A stretch of DNA of 63,884 nt from Octopus bimaculoides (taxonomy: Eukaryota). The first letter of the stretch is position 1; each line of letters begins with the position of its first letter. Made by a program: the position numbers and the translations under genes. Below the pieces are notes generated by a model, which was not told the DNA's origin, searched no databases, and was given only the letters and a program-made list of their open reading frames with translations. Of this stretch, positions 1-14,314 are shown piece by piece. The stretch covers positions 2,272,461-2,336,344 of the forward strand of contig NC_068999.1 in assembly GCF_001194135.2 (NCBI RefSeq), given 5' to 3'.

Positions 1-1770
1 CCCGCCCTCCCCCATTACCATAACAATCATCATCATCACCATCACCGCCGCCACCATCGATGTTGCCATTGACGACATGACACATCGTCACATGTACATA
101 GACTCCCATTGGACTGATAACCATAGACCATTGTCTCTACCCCTACCCCTACCCCTCGCACACACAATTTCACACCTCTCACTCATACATAAATCACACA
201 CACACACACTTACAAACATATTCACACACAGTGATGGCTCACATAGGTATACACACATATATCTACATACATTCACGCCTCACGCAGTTACATGACATAC
301 ACACACAGACCCCAACAAACACACATCACACACACACAAACACATCTCATCACATACATACACACAGATCTATTATGGCAACACACACACACACACAAAA
401 CACCACCACCACCACCAACAGCATTAGCGCCAGAGATTTATTTCTCATCAAGAGTTACATGTGTTTTAAACACATAAATGTATGAAAAGAAGGAAATAGC
501 TACAGGAGTGACAAAACAGCTAGAAATAGCAGCCAAATGATGATGATGATGATGGCTGGCACAGAGATACTGGATGACACATGAATGGATGTGTGTGTGC
601 ACATACATACATACATGCATTAAGGCCCGAATTTTGGGGGAGGGGATCTGCCGATTAGATCGACCCCAGTGCATAACTGGTACTTAATTTATCCACCCAG
701 AAAGTATGAAAGGCAAAGCCGACCTCGACAAAATTTTTCAACTGTTCTTTTCTACTCTAGGCACAAGGCCTGAAATTTTTGGAGAGGGGGTGGGGCAGTC
801 AATTAGATCAACCCCAGTATACAACTGGTACTTAATTTATCGACCCTGAAACTGTAAGGGTTGAACCCCAGCATTTGTGTTTTTAAAGATACTTATTTTA
901 TCAGTCTCTTCTGCTGAACCTCTAAGTTATTACGATGTAAACAAACCAACACCAGTTTATCAAGCTGTAGGGAGGGGGTACAGGTATGAGAACACATACT
1001 CACACAAGTAGGACCTGTAAAAAAGGAAAGAGTACTGTACACATGATGTAGAGTACATCCATTTGTATGTTAACACTTGATGATTACAGAGCTCGACCCA
1101 CACAGGGGCCACATACAATTGTGGAAGGAGAACCACCACAGTGTGTGTGTGTGTGTGTGTGTGGTGTATATGTGTGTGTGTGAACATGCATATGTGTATG
1201 CATGTGCATGTGTGTGTGTGTGTGTGTGTGTATGTATATATGTATGTGCATGTGATTGCATCCATGTGTATGTATGTATGGCTGTCAGAGAGAGAGAGAG
1301 AGAATTGAGAGACAGACAGACAGACAGACAGAGAAAGTTCATGTGTGCTTATCATAGAATCCACGAGTGGAAACACTCCCCCCACCCCATTAAGAGCCAC
1401 AGTGTGTGTGTGTGTGTGTGCGCGCGTATGTGTGTGTGCATATGTGCATGNNNNNNNNNNAGAGCCACAGTGTGTGTGTGTGTGTGTGCGCGCGTATGTG
1501 TGTGTGCATATGTGCATGTGCGTATATGTATTAAGGTGAGTGCTTGTATGTTTATCGCGGATTCCAGCAATGGGAAGGCATCCTTGTTAAAGAGCAGAGA
1601 GAGAGAGAGAGAGAGAGAGAGAGTGTGTGTGTGCGTGCGTGTGTGTGTGTAAACATTGTATATTCATGTGTATGCGTATGTGTATGAATAGTATATAATC
1701 GTAAGTGTATGTGTGTTTGTGAGAAAGAGACAGACAGACAGAATGAGGGTGAGAGTGAGTGAGAGTGAAA

Positions 1771-1815
<45 letters not shown>

Positions 1816-2169
1816 CAGATCTGTGTTGTCACTTGATCCTTGTGACACATTAACATAAACTAAACATTGCCACTGACCCCTTACTGGCCCCTAATAACAC
1901 TTCACACCCCTACTCTTTCCACATCATGCCCTCCAAACCCCACAAGAACAGGGAAAAATTCTGATAATAACACAAATTCAAAGAGAGAGGAGGGATGGTC
2001 ATGGAAAGATTGGCTGTGGAATTTAATAAATTACTAAAAAGGTTTCTTGTATCCGGATCAAACCCATTCTCAAAGGCGGAGAAGAGTATAAAAATGGAAA
2101 CACCAATTCTTCAGGAGAGAAAGAAGCATGGGTAGAATGCTTTGAAAGCCTGCAACCTGGCATTGGTCA

Positions 2170-2500
2170 ATCAGAGACATGCCCTTCTGTGGCATGACAA
2201 TGCCCCAACACACACACTGCCAATGTGACCAAGCACAAACTTGGGGCTGGAAGTGCTGCTTCACCCTGGCCACAGTCCAAATCTTTCACCATCAGGATAC
2301 CACTTTCCAGAACCATGCTTCGTTTCCTGCACGGACGGAGGTTCAACGATGAAGATGAGGTTGAAAATGGATGGAGGGAGTTTCTTACCTCTAAAACCAG
2401 CCAAATTGGTGTAAGAGTGGAATTGCGCTTCTGGCACGACAATGGCAACAGACAACAGAATATGATGGATAAATGTTTTGTATAAGTAATTTGAACAATT
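2170..2500 (+). mobile_element. Decayed mariner transposase 3' fragment
   Basis: Frameshifted HDNAPTH...PGHSPNLSPSGYHF...FLHGRRFNDEDEV, equivalent to the HDNA / PPYSPDLAPSDYHLF motifs. Confidence 0.75.
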
Positions 2501-3313
2501 TATTAAAGCTTAAAATATAAAAAAAAAACAACATTTGACTCAACCTGGTACAAGATGAAATGTTGTGATGTTCATGCATTTCCTACACTCAGAATGCATA
2601 GGAACAGAAAAATGAGGAATTGAGCTGCTCTGAAGGAGAATTGAAAGTGGATCTCCGGCTCCATGGCTTGTAGCTGCTGCTGTTGCTGCTGCCACTGCTG
2701 CTGTTTTATAATCACAACAAAGATGACCTGATACACAGCGAACTTTTATAAAAGGTGCAATAAATGCAAAAAAAAATAATAATAATAATACTAATAATGA
2801 TAAAAAAATCATGGTGGTGATGGTGATGATGATGATGAAAATGACGAAGAAGAGGATGCTGATAGTTGTGTTAGTGGTGATGGTGATGATGATGATGATG
2901 ATGATGACGACAATTTCTTTATTGTTTAATAATATCTTTATATAATAGCAATAATGAAAAATACTTTTGATAAATTCTCCCGTCACTGAGATTGTTGTTG
3001 TTGCTGTTGTTGTTGTTGTCTTAGAAAAGAGAAAAGACAATCAACCGACAGAACAATGCCACACAATTAAGGTGATGGCACCAAATTTTTCTTGCATGTG
3101 CAACAAAGGTGTACAATGGTGCAGTGAGACCAGCAGCTGATCAAAAGACTTTCTTTTAACCGAACCGATTCTGCAGACCTTGTTTTTTGATGTGGGTGAG
3201 AGAAGGAGGAGGAGGAGAGAGAGGAGAGAGGGGGGGTTGGAAAAACTATGCATCTATGGAATATGGCTTTATTTCAATAATAACACTTAGAAGGAACACA
3301 CACACACACACAA

Positions 3314-3426
<113 letters not shown>

Positions 3427-6400
3427 CCCTAACAGAAGAATATGTCAACTTTAAAAAAGAGATGCATATACACAGGAAAGAGAAATACACACATATATGC
3501 ATTCATATGAATACATACAAGCTTATAGAAACACACACACACACACATATAAAGAGAGAGAGCACACTAAATATATATATATGTGTATATATGTATAGTG
3601 TGCTCTCATATTTAGAAACTGAAATATAGTAACATAAAAAACGTGTGTGCACACACACATGCACACACATGCATACACACACATGTGTGGTCGTGTGTGT
3701 GTATGTGTGTGTGTGTGTGCGTATCAAGAAAAGATGAGGTGAAAAAATAGAATTAATGACGATGAAGATGATGATGATGATGGTGGTACATAGAAGAAAT
3801 GATTTGAGTGATGTTTTATTCTGATCTATGGTTGCTTAATTGATGTGGGAGTGACACACAGACAGAGGACAGAAGAGAAGGGGGTGGGCGGCGTGAGAAG
3901 GTGGAGCAGAGAGAGGGAGAGAGGGAGGGAGGGAGGGAAGTACTGAGGTGAGAGGAGGAGTTTGTTAGGAGGGACAGTGTGTGGGTGAGAGAGAGAGGAG
4001 GAGGAGAGAGAGAGAGAAAGTTGCAGGTTAAGGGTGAAAGAGTAAGGGAAGATAGAGAAGAAGAAGAGGGCAAGAGAGATTGTGAGAAGGAAGAGGAAGA
4101 AGGAGAGAAAGGGAAGAGAGAGGACAAAAGAATCAGAGAGAGTGAGGGGGGAGAGAGAGAGTAAGAGAGGTTGGCAAGAGGGAAGTAGAATCAGTCAGGG
4201 AGGGGGAAAAGAGAGGGAGAGATTATGGAAAGGAAGGAGAGAGGGAAAGAAAGTTGTGAATGAACTTATTCTGATGAAAGAAGAGCAAATATTGAAAGAA
4301 AATAAGAAGAGGAAGAAGAGAGGGAGAGAGAGAAAGGTGAAAGGGTGAGAGATGGGGAGTGGGAGGGGTGATAGAAAAGGAAAAGGGGTGGGGTGAGGGG
4401 TAACTTATTCTTCTCATAATGAAAGAAATGGATGACGATGATGATGATGATATAAAAAGTTGGGAAATAGAAAATAGAAGAATGAAATGATGATAGTAGT
4501 GATGATGATGGTGATGATGATGATGATGGTGAAAAAGATGCTGTTGATTTTGAAGATAATGACGCTAACTATTTTGATGAAAATGTTGGTGCTACTGGCA
4601 ATGAGGCTTGTGATGATGATGATGATGACAGTGATGATAAAACTCCCCCCATTAGATTCCTAATTAATACAAAGATGTGTACATTCTCACCTGAGTCCAA
4701 CTAATTACAGACCCCGAAAACTAGATTCAATGAATGGTCATTAGTGCAAGTCTGAAGAATGACTTTTTGTTTTCTGCCGTTTTTAGTTGCAGGAAGCAAA
4801 CTTGGAGAAAGTTTTTGCACCAGACAAACATGACAATCAATTCTTTCGCAACCACCAATCAACAGATCTAATTGCCACAAAAATATTTTGGTTCCATTCC
4901 TTGTTTTGTCCAAAGAAAACTAATTTTTCAGGGAAACAAGCAAACGAGAATTTGAGACCATTCTTGGTTTTTTGCAAGAATTTTTTCTTGAAATGTGTGA
5001 AACGGAGTAAATTTGTGTAGAATGGGTCTTTGGTGTTCTCTGAAGCAGAAACGGCATGTGTGCATATGTGTGTGTGCATGCCTGAGTGTGTGTCTGAGTG
5101 TGTGTGAGTTATGCTGTAACTTAAATGTTCCGATGTAACACCAAGCCATCAACACATGGATGCTTCACCACCTTGATCTAACAACACTGCCATACACCGC
5201 TGCCACACCACAGACGTACCACACACCACACTACCCCTCTCTCCACTCACTATCAGTCTATAATCTTCACTGTCTGAGAAGCCAAACTTTGTAACTACCC
5301 CAAACCACCCATGGCAGCCCAACCAGAACCACAAGGTGTATATTCAAAGCACCAAAAATATCCAAACCAATACACAAAGGCAGCTGTTTGAAGTAAACTT
5401 TTAGACCACAAAACGGCCAGCTTCCATCAGCTGAATATCGGTTTGAAGGATGAGTCTGTGTACGTGCATGCTCGTATATGTATGTGTAGGTAGGTATTTG
5501 GGTGTCTCTATGCATTCAAATGTGTAAATATGTGTATGTATGTATGTATGTTTATAGACAAGTGTATGTCTGTTTATGTAAGTCTGTATATACATATATA
5601 CATATATATATATGTGTATATATATATATGTATATGTATGATTATATATGTATATTTATGTGTGTATAAATGTGAATGGAAGTTTACACATAAATATCTG
5701 TATAATTTATGTGTATGTTTGTCTGTCTGTCAGTATGTATTTATGTATGTGTGTATCTATGTATGAGTGTATGTGTGTATGCATGCCTATATATGAGTAT
5801 GTATGTATGTGTGTACATATGTGTGTATATATGTATGGGTGTACAGACATGTGTATGTCTATATTTTTAAGTCTGTGCATGTATGCATATGTATATATGT
5901 ACAGGTATATTTATGTAAGTACAAGTGTGAATGGATGTATACACATGTGTATGTCTTTATATGTATGCGTATGTATATATTTACAGCTACGTATATACAT
6001 ATATGTAGGCCTGTATATTTGTATGTATGAGTGTATGTGACTATATACGTATATGTATGTGTGTATGTGTACATTTTTGTCTGTGAATGTATGTCTATGC
6101 TTATGTATGTATGTATGTGTACGTAGTTCTACATATTTTTATAAGTGTATAATACAGTGTGTGTGTGTGGGCACAGAGGGGGGGATTTATAACATTTTTC
6201 ACACTTCTTGAAGTCTCTTAGAAAGAGAGAGGCTGGCTGAGTGGGTAGTGGAGTGAGGGAGGGGGTGGGTTAGACCCCCCCCCTTACCCACCCCACCCAA
6301 GGGTGGCGTGAATTGGATGGAAGAACTGTAGAAAGGTGCCAAAATCAAGGCTGTCTGAAACTGTGTGGAGAGACTTTGTAGTCAGAAGGTGCCAGATAGC

Positions 6401-6468
6401 TATATAAATAACTAATGAAGGGGAGTGGGCAGATGTAGACAGATAGAGGGAGATATACATATACATAC

Positions 6469-6511
<43 letters not shown>

Positions 6512-6592
6512 TATACATATACGTATTCAAATACGAGTATATAAATATATATATACACACACAAACATATATACATATGTATGTATATATAC

Positions 6593-6633
<41 letters not shown>

Positions 6634-8799
6634 TGCAAACACACATACATACATATGTACATACGTATACATAATTGTGTAAGCTGCTGTGTGTATACAC
6701 AGAAACACACACACACACACACATTCACACAAATATGTATTATGTATATGTATGTGTTTGTGTATAAGTTATGCATTTGTAAGTATGTATGTGTGTATAT
6801 ATTATGTATATGTTTACAACTGTGTATGCATGTGTGTGTGTATGTATGTATGTGTATACACACACACAGAGGAAGAGAGAGAGAGAGAGGAAGAGAAGAA
6901 GAGAGAGAGAGAGAGAGAGGAAGAGAAGAAGAGAGAGAGAGATTGGAAATATTGATTGGTTCACACCGTTTTTTCTTTCTCACACAAAAAGGGTTTTTGT
7001 AAAACCTTCCACCCAAACGTTGATTGCATTCAGCAGAAGAACACAGACCTCACCCTCAAGTGAATATGGCTTGGTGACAAGTGCCATACTTCCACTAATT
7101 GTTTTAGGGACTGGTTTGGTCACAAAGGGGACATCAAACACCCTCATGGCCCCTCACACCCTAACCCAACAAAAACATTGAGAATGCGACAGGCAGAGAA
7201 GTGCAAAGCTTTTTCCAGGACTTGGTTGGCATTCATTTCCACTTGGGAATACTGGATGGAAAATGAAGTGGTGTGCCTTGCTCAAGGACATGATTCACTG
7301 CTTGGTCCAGAAATTGAACCAACATGATTGTGATTGGGAGTCAACCATTCTTCACCACCAAGCCATGTTTTTGAATGACATCAACACAAACGTGGTAAAC
7401 ACACACACACAGGGTGTATATATGCACAGACACACAAACACACACACATACATATATACACATAATGGATACATTTGCATGTGCACACACATGCACACAT
7501 GTACACACACACACATATATATATGCACATCTATGTACATATACGTATGTCTGTATATGTATGTGTGTGTGTCTGTGTTTGTATCTATGTGTGTGTGTGT
7601 GTATTTACTGATGTGCAGCTGCACTGCAAAGTTGCGAGCATAAAGAAAAAAAAACACAGCACCGGGAAATGGCAATGGTGATGGTGGTGGTGGCAGTGTA
7701 GGAGAAGGTCAGAGGTAAGGTGGTGATGGTGGTGGTGGTGGTGGTGGTGGTGGTGGTGGAGTCTCAGCATCTTTTACAAGCAACAAAGACAGAAGTCGGT
7801 GAGCTGGAAGTAAAAAGAAGTTTTGTTCACATAACCACCACCACCACCACCACCTTTGTACTACAGCCAATACTATCAACTACATTGCTACCCACATACA
7901 CCACCACTGCCATNNNNNNNNNNCGAAGCATTTCATCCAGCACACTAACGACTCTGCCAGCTCACCACCTTCAATAATAATAATAATAATAATAATGTGA
8001 AGAACAATATTGTAAAGAGGCAAGATTATGCCATCAGAGAACAGACGACCACCCTACTTCTACTTCACTGCCACACTTTTCTCCCCAGTATTAAACACCA
8101 TACTACATCTACCTATACCTCAATTCACTCTATTACTACAACCGCTACACATACTACACCATTATCCACCTTTATTTAAACTCAAAACTCCTCTACTTTA
8201 AATTTCGCCACCACCACAACTACTTCCTCCATTACCTGCAGCTTTCGCTGCTGCCACTGATTACAACAGCAAGTGGTGATGGTGGTGGTGGTGGTTGCAG
8301 CAGCAGTGGTGGTGGTGGTGATGTGCTAGCAGCTGCATTTCTCTTGTGCAGTTTTGACTAGGTAAGACCTTAATTTAGACATCAATAAATGTATGCATGC
8401 ACACATGCACAGACACACACACAAGCAGATATAAATATATATATATATATTTATATATCATAAATCCAGGGTGTGAAGCATATGGAGAGCAGACTGGGTC
8501 TGGTCTGTAGTCATGTTTAGCCCAGCTCTAGATGCAATTAAATAAAACACTTTTTTATCGTTAGCTTTTAATTTATATGTCACTACCATATGTCCAAAGT
8601 TACAGCCAGACTAGAATCATAACTCTTGCTCTGGTTAGCCAGATCAATACCTCTTAGAGAATATTTTGTTATCCTAACCCAAGAAAAACAAGCTTATGAA
8701 TCTATACCCCTAAAACTGTGACCTATTTCCCCTTCACTTTTTCTATACACAACAAGCTACAGAGAATGTTTTTTCTTTACATAAGTGCAAAGAAGACCG

Positions 8800-9290
8800 T
8801 TTAGGAGGAAGTTCCAAATGGATCCACCTGTGTGACATTAGCGATGAGTTTGAAACAGATGGAATTGTTCAGAATGTCTGTAAGAAATGCTCTGGAAGAC
8901 CACAGATGCCAACAAGTTCTACCAGGCAAGGAAAGGTATTGGAAATTTATTGTCAGAGTTCAAGGAAATCAAAGCATAGGACAGGAATTCCAATGTTAAC
9001 AGCCCATCATATCTTAGAAGTGCTGTCATTGGAAAAGTTCTATTCCAAGAATAGTTCCGTGCTCTCACTGAAGATGATTCAGACAGAAAAATGGAGTTTT
9101 GTAAGTAGCACTTGACAAGAAGTGTACATACATGATACACACTTTCAAACAAAAGCTGTTTGGAGAGATGAAGCTACATTGAAATAAAATGGCTCAAGTA
9201 ACTGGGGCCCAGAGAATACAAATATTATGGAGAAACAATGCATTAATTTACCAGGAGTTATAGTATGATGAAATTCATCATCAAAAGGTT
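8800..9290 (+). mobile_element. Decayed Tc1/mariner-superfamily transposase fragment (maT/DD37D-like)
   Basis: FETDGIVQNVCKKCSGRP N-terminal HTH-like segment and AVWRDEATL...WGPENT segment, with stops and frameshifts. Confidence 0.55.
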
Positions 9291-12177
9291 AACATTATGC
9301 AAAATACATTCATCCATTAACTCATACAATCACTTACACACCGATATACCATACATCCACACATATAGACTCACATGCAGACAAGTACACACATACACGC
9401 ATATATATAAAATATACGTACATATATTCAGATGCACACACACATACATATACTCATCTACATATCAATAAACACATTCACATCTATACATATATATCTA
9501 TCTATATATACACACATATATATACATATATTGCTGTAGGACTGAACCTGGAACCATATGGTTTGGAAGCAAGCTTCTTACCACACAACCACACCTATCC
9601 CTATAAGCAAAGGCATAGATTAGCACACCTACATATACATATGTGTGTGTATATATATATATTATATATATATATATAATATATGTGTGTGGGTGGGTGT
9701 GGCATGCATGTATGTGTGTGTGTGTGTGTAGGTGTTTGTTTATTCAGACAATGGTGCTTAGGAGATTAGTTGCATTACTTTCAAGATTCTTAGAGAACAA
9801 ATGAAATATTCAAATTGAAGGCTTACATGTGACTGGGATGGAAGTGTGGGGAAGGGGTGNNNNNNNNNNNNNNNNNNNNNNNNNNNNNNNNNNNNNNNNN
9901 NNNNNNNNNNNNNNNNNNNNNNNNNNNNNNNNNNNNNNNNNNNNNNNNNNNNNNNNNNNNNNNNNNNNNNNNNNNNNNNNNNNNNNNNNNNNNNNNNNNN
10001 NNNNNNNNNNNNNNNNNNNNNNNNNNNNNNNNNNNNNNNNNNNNNNNNNNNNNNNNNNNNNNNNNNNNNNNNNNNNNNNNNNNNNNNNNNNNNNNNNNNN
10101 NNNNNNNNNNNNNNNNNNNNNNNNNNNNNNNNNNNNNNNNNNNNNNNNNNNNNNNNNNNNNNNNNNNNNNNNNNNNNNNNNNNNNNNNNNNNNNNNNNNN
10201 NNNNNNNNNNNNNNNNNNNNNNNNNNNNNNNNNNNNNNNNNNNNNNNNNNNNNNNNNNNNNNNNNNNNNNNNNNNNNNNNNNNNNNNNNNNNNNNNNNNN
10301 NNNNNNNNNNNNNNNNNNNNNNNNNNNNNNNNNNNNNNNNNNNNNNNNNNNNNNNNNNNNNNNNNNNNNNNNNNNNNNNNNNNNNNNNNNNNNNNNNNNN
10401 NNNNNNNNNNNNNNNNNNNNNNNNNNNNNNNNNNNNNNNNNNNNNNNNNNNNNNNNNNNNNNNNNNNNNNNNNNNNNNNNNNNNNNNNNNNNNNNNNNNN
10501 NNNNNNNNNNNNNNNNNNNNNNNNNNNNNNNNNNNNNNNNNNNNNNNNNNNNNNNNNNNNNNNNNNNNNNNNNNNNNNNNNNNNNNNNNNNNNNNNNNNN
10601 NNNNNNNNNNNNNNNNNNNNNNNNNNNNNNNNNNNNNNNNNNNNNNNNNNNNNNNNNNNNNNNNNNNNNACACCCTATTTTAAACTTACACCTCACCCCC
10701 CTCCTCATTGCACAAGATGACCACCATCAATTGCTGTAACCTTGTACACCACTACCACCACCACATACACACACACCTACTCTGCTTTAACCTTATATAC
10801 CCCCCCCCTGCATATACCACAGCATGCTACCACCCACACACATGCGCACTACCCTTCCATCACTGCTCCAACTCCCCACCGCTACATTACAATTCAGCAC
10901 TACAACCTAAACACATCTACACACATACCCACCACCCACATACTCACCCTTCACCCAGAAACCCACATCACACGACACTACAACCCCAACACACAAACAC
11001 ACACCATACACTACCACACAAACCACCACTATGCCATACCACACACCACCAGCACCACCCTATGCCTTGCCTATATATACATTATACAAACCACCACTGT
11101 ACACTACAACTCATACCACAACTACACTCTATACTACAACACGCACAACCACCACCACCCTCGACCATGCACCATACACGCCACCCCCTATACAGCTCTA
11201 TCTCACACTACTACCACACATGCACACACTCACATGTACTATATTCCACTAACACTAACACTGCACCACTACAACTACTACCACCACCACATTCTCAAGT
11301 ATTTACAATGAATGTAATTAAACACCTTTGTCTTCACCCCACCACCACCACCACCCCACCATTCTTTTGTAAACTCACCCCTCTTCTTCAACAACTACTA
11401 CTACTACCACTACCACTACCACTTATACTATTGCTGCTGCTGCTATTGCTACTACTCATAACCACCACCCATACCACATCAGTCACTACCAACACCACCA
11501 CCACCACAATCATCATCATCATCATCACAACCTCCATAACCATCAACATCACCTTCACCACCACCACCACCATCTAATGTTGTCGTCAACAGCATGAACC
11601 AACAAAAGAAATGCCACGGGACTGATCAGTCTGCTAGAAATAACAGCCGAATCTCCCTCTACTATTTCAAAGGGAAGAAAAAGTACATTACATAATGTCA
11701 TCCTAGATATACAATGTCAGCAAAATAATAAGTGGAGTGGTCATATTTGGAATAGCTTTAACCATAGGTCTGTTGGATGAAGACTGACTTGGTGCTCAAC
11801 AACAATAGCTGTCCACTCCACCCGCGCTTGCCATTATCAAAACTACCCCCACCATCCCAACCTTGAACCTTCAAGTTGCAAGACCCTAAAACCTGATATT
11901 CTCTTAAGACAATCTCCTTATACCCCACCCACATAAAAAAAATGGTTTTAAACTTAGCCATCCCCTAAAAGTGGGCATCACTTGGGACCATGCTTTTGCT
12001 ATTTGTTCAAGGGGCCTGTGTAGTCATAAGGAGACTAGACGGCCTCCTGGACCTCTCATCCTGGGCCGATTGGAACATTGAGGATGCGATTGATAGAGAG
12101 AGAAAGGCTTACATGAAAACTATAGAGGTCGACCAAAACCCTGTGAGTGGCTTTGGTAGACAGAAATTCAAAGAAAG

Positions 12178-12215
<38 letters not shown>

Positions 12216-13414
12216 CCCCCCCCCACTGGTTTTTGCATATTTATGCCCTCATAACTTAACGGTTCAGCAAAAAATCGCTAGAATAAGTACCAGGCTTACA
12301 AAAAAAAAAGGTTGGGGGGGTCGACTCATTTGACTGAAAATTCTTTAAGGTGATGCCCCAGCATGGCCGCAGTCTAATGACTAAAACTAGTAAAAGATAA
12401 ACTGAAACATAAAATGATGTGACTTGAAATAAAGTATTTTTACGGCCGGGTGTGAACGCTTTTCGGAGCGCAGCTTCTTGGGATGGGCCATGGGGCAATG
12501 AGAAATAAATTATAAGACAAATGTTCGTGGTGAAATGACTTAATTGCTTCAGATTTAAGGTTAAAACCAGCAGTTATCAAACAACTATATATATGACTCT
12601 TGGGGGTTTGTATAAGATTTTGTTGTTAAAATTTATCTGCAACAAATTGATTATATTTCTACGAGACACAAAATAATTGGACAATATTTTTTTATATACA
12701 TTTCCTAATAATATTTAATAACGAAAATATAAGGTTTTTATTTTTTTAAATATGAAATGGCGATGGGAGTCAAAGGGGTCCGTAGGCAAAATTGGGTAAG
12801 AAACCCTGGTTCAAACCGTTTTTTTTCTTTTAATAGAGCGTTTAGGGACTTCTTTGTGGGTAAGGCTGAAATTTGAATGCGTTTTAGGGGTTTCACACGT
12901 GGCAGTGAGATTCCCCTACTTCGTTTATTCACGCACGAACACACGTACACAAACCCACATGGGCGCTCAGGCACAAAAATCTTTATAGTCAAACGCACAA
13001 ACAAGCACACACGCACAAGCATACGCGCGCGCGCCGTGCACACACGCATTTAGCGAACGAGATGAAAGTAATGGAAGGGAAATCACTCCTGATGCTCTAA
13101 ATATTATAATTTATTTTGGCGCCAAAAGCCCTTCCCAACGTCTTTAGCTCCGCCCACATTTGTCGTTCTTGTATGTAATGGGTGCAGACCTTCCCAAACT
13201 CCCTTGCTAACCACATTATCCCACTCTCTCCTTATAAATAGTCGTGACTGTTGTTGTTGTTGTCAATTGCTGGTTTGTCTATCACAACTTAACATCTGGT
13301 CACTCTCTTTGGAGACGAACAAAAGCATTCTATAAATATAATGTACCTTAGCCATCTCTGTGTGTATGTGTATATATATATATATATATACACACACAGC
13401 TATATATGTGTGTA

Positions 13415-13455
<41 letters not shown>

Positions 13456-13462
13456 ACAGGGT

Positions 13463-13657
13463 ATCGGTGGAATATACTCAAGTACATGAATACAAATATA
13501 TGTATATAAACAGTATACTTACATATACGGACGTATACACACATATATATGCACGTATGTACACGACTAGCTTAAATGTGTGTATACGTCCGTATATATA
13601 AGTATACTGTTTATATACATATATTTGTATTCATGTACTTGAGTATATTCCACCGAT
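13463..13657. repeat. Near-perfect inverted repeat, 82-bp arms with 31-nt spacer
   Basis: 13463-13544 versus the reverse complement of 13576-13657 shows one mismatch by eye. Confidence 0.9.
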
Positions 13658-13705
13658 GAAGGCAAAGCATTATTTATGCAAAGCCAGAAATCCAGGATCT
13701 GGAAT
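13647..13705 (+). ncRNA. Degenerate type I hammerhead-ribozyme-like motif (Penelope-like-element type)
   Basis: ATTCCA-CCGATGA-AGGC...GCCA-GAAA-TCC-A-GGA-TC-TGGAAT. Stem I ATTCCA/TGGAAT, core CUGAUGA with U4C, stem II GGC/GCC plus GCAT/ATGC, GAAA, palindromic stem III, AUC cleavage triplet. Confidence 0.55.
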
Positions 13706-14277
13706 TATCTTTGTTATNNNNNNNNNNNNNNNNNNNNNNNNNNNNNNNNNNNNNNNNNNNNNNNNNNNNNNNNNNNNNNNNNNNNNNNNNNNNNNNNNNN
13801 NNNNNNNNNNNNNNNNNNNNNNNNNNNNNNNNNNNNNNNNNNNNNNNNNNNNNNNNNNNNNNNNNNNNNNNNNNNNNNNNNNNNNNNNNNNNNNNNNNNN
13901 NNNNNNNNNNNNNNNNNNNNNNNNNNNNNNNNNNNNNNNNNNNNNNNNNNNNNNNNNNNNNNNNNNNNNNNNNNNNNNNNNNNNNNNNNNNNNNNNNNNN
14001 NNNNNNNNNNNNNNNNNNNNNNNNNNNNNNNNNNNNNNNNNNNNNNNNNNNNNNNNNNNNNNNNNNNNNNNNNNNNNNNNNNNNNNNNNNNNNNNNNNNN
14101 NNNNNNNNNNNNNNNNNNNNNNNNNNNNNNNNNNNNNNNNNNNNNNNNNNNNNNNNNNNNNNNNNNNNNNNNNNNNNNNNNNNNNNNNNNNNNNNNNNNN
14201 NNNNNNNNNNNNNNNNNNNNNNNNNNNNNNNNNNNNNNNNNNNNNNNNNNNNNNNNNNNNNNNNNNNNNNNNNNNNN

Positions 14278-14314
<37 letters not shown>

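Noticed and set aside
1393-1520. Direct repeat on both sides of the 10-N gap; the same pattern occurs at 36300-36375
   Set aside because: Identical flanks around a fixed 10-N spacer are typical of unmerged contig overlaps, so this is an assembly artefact.
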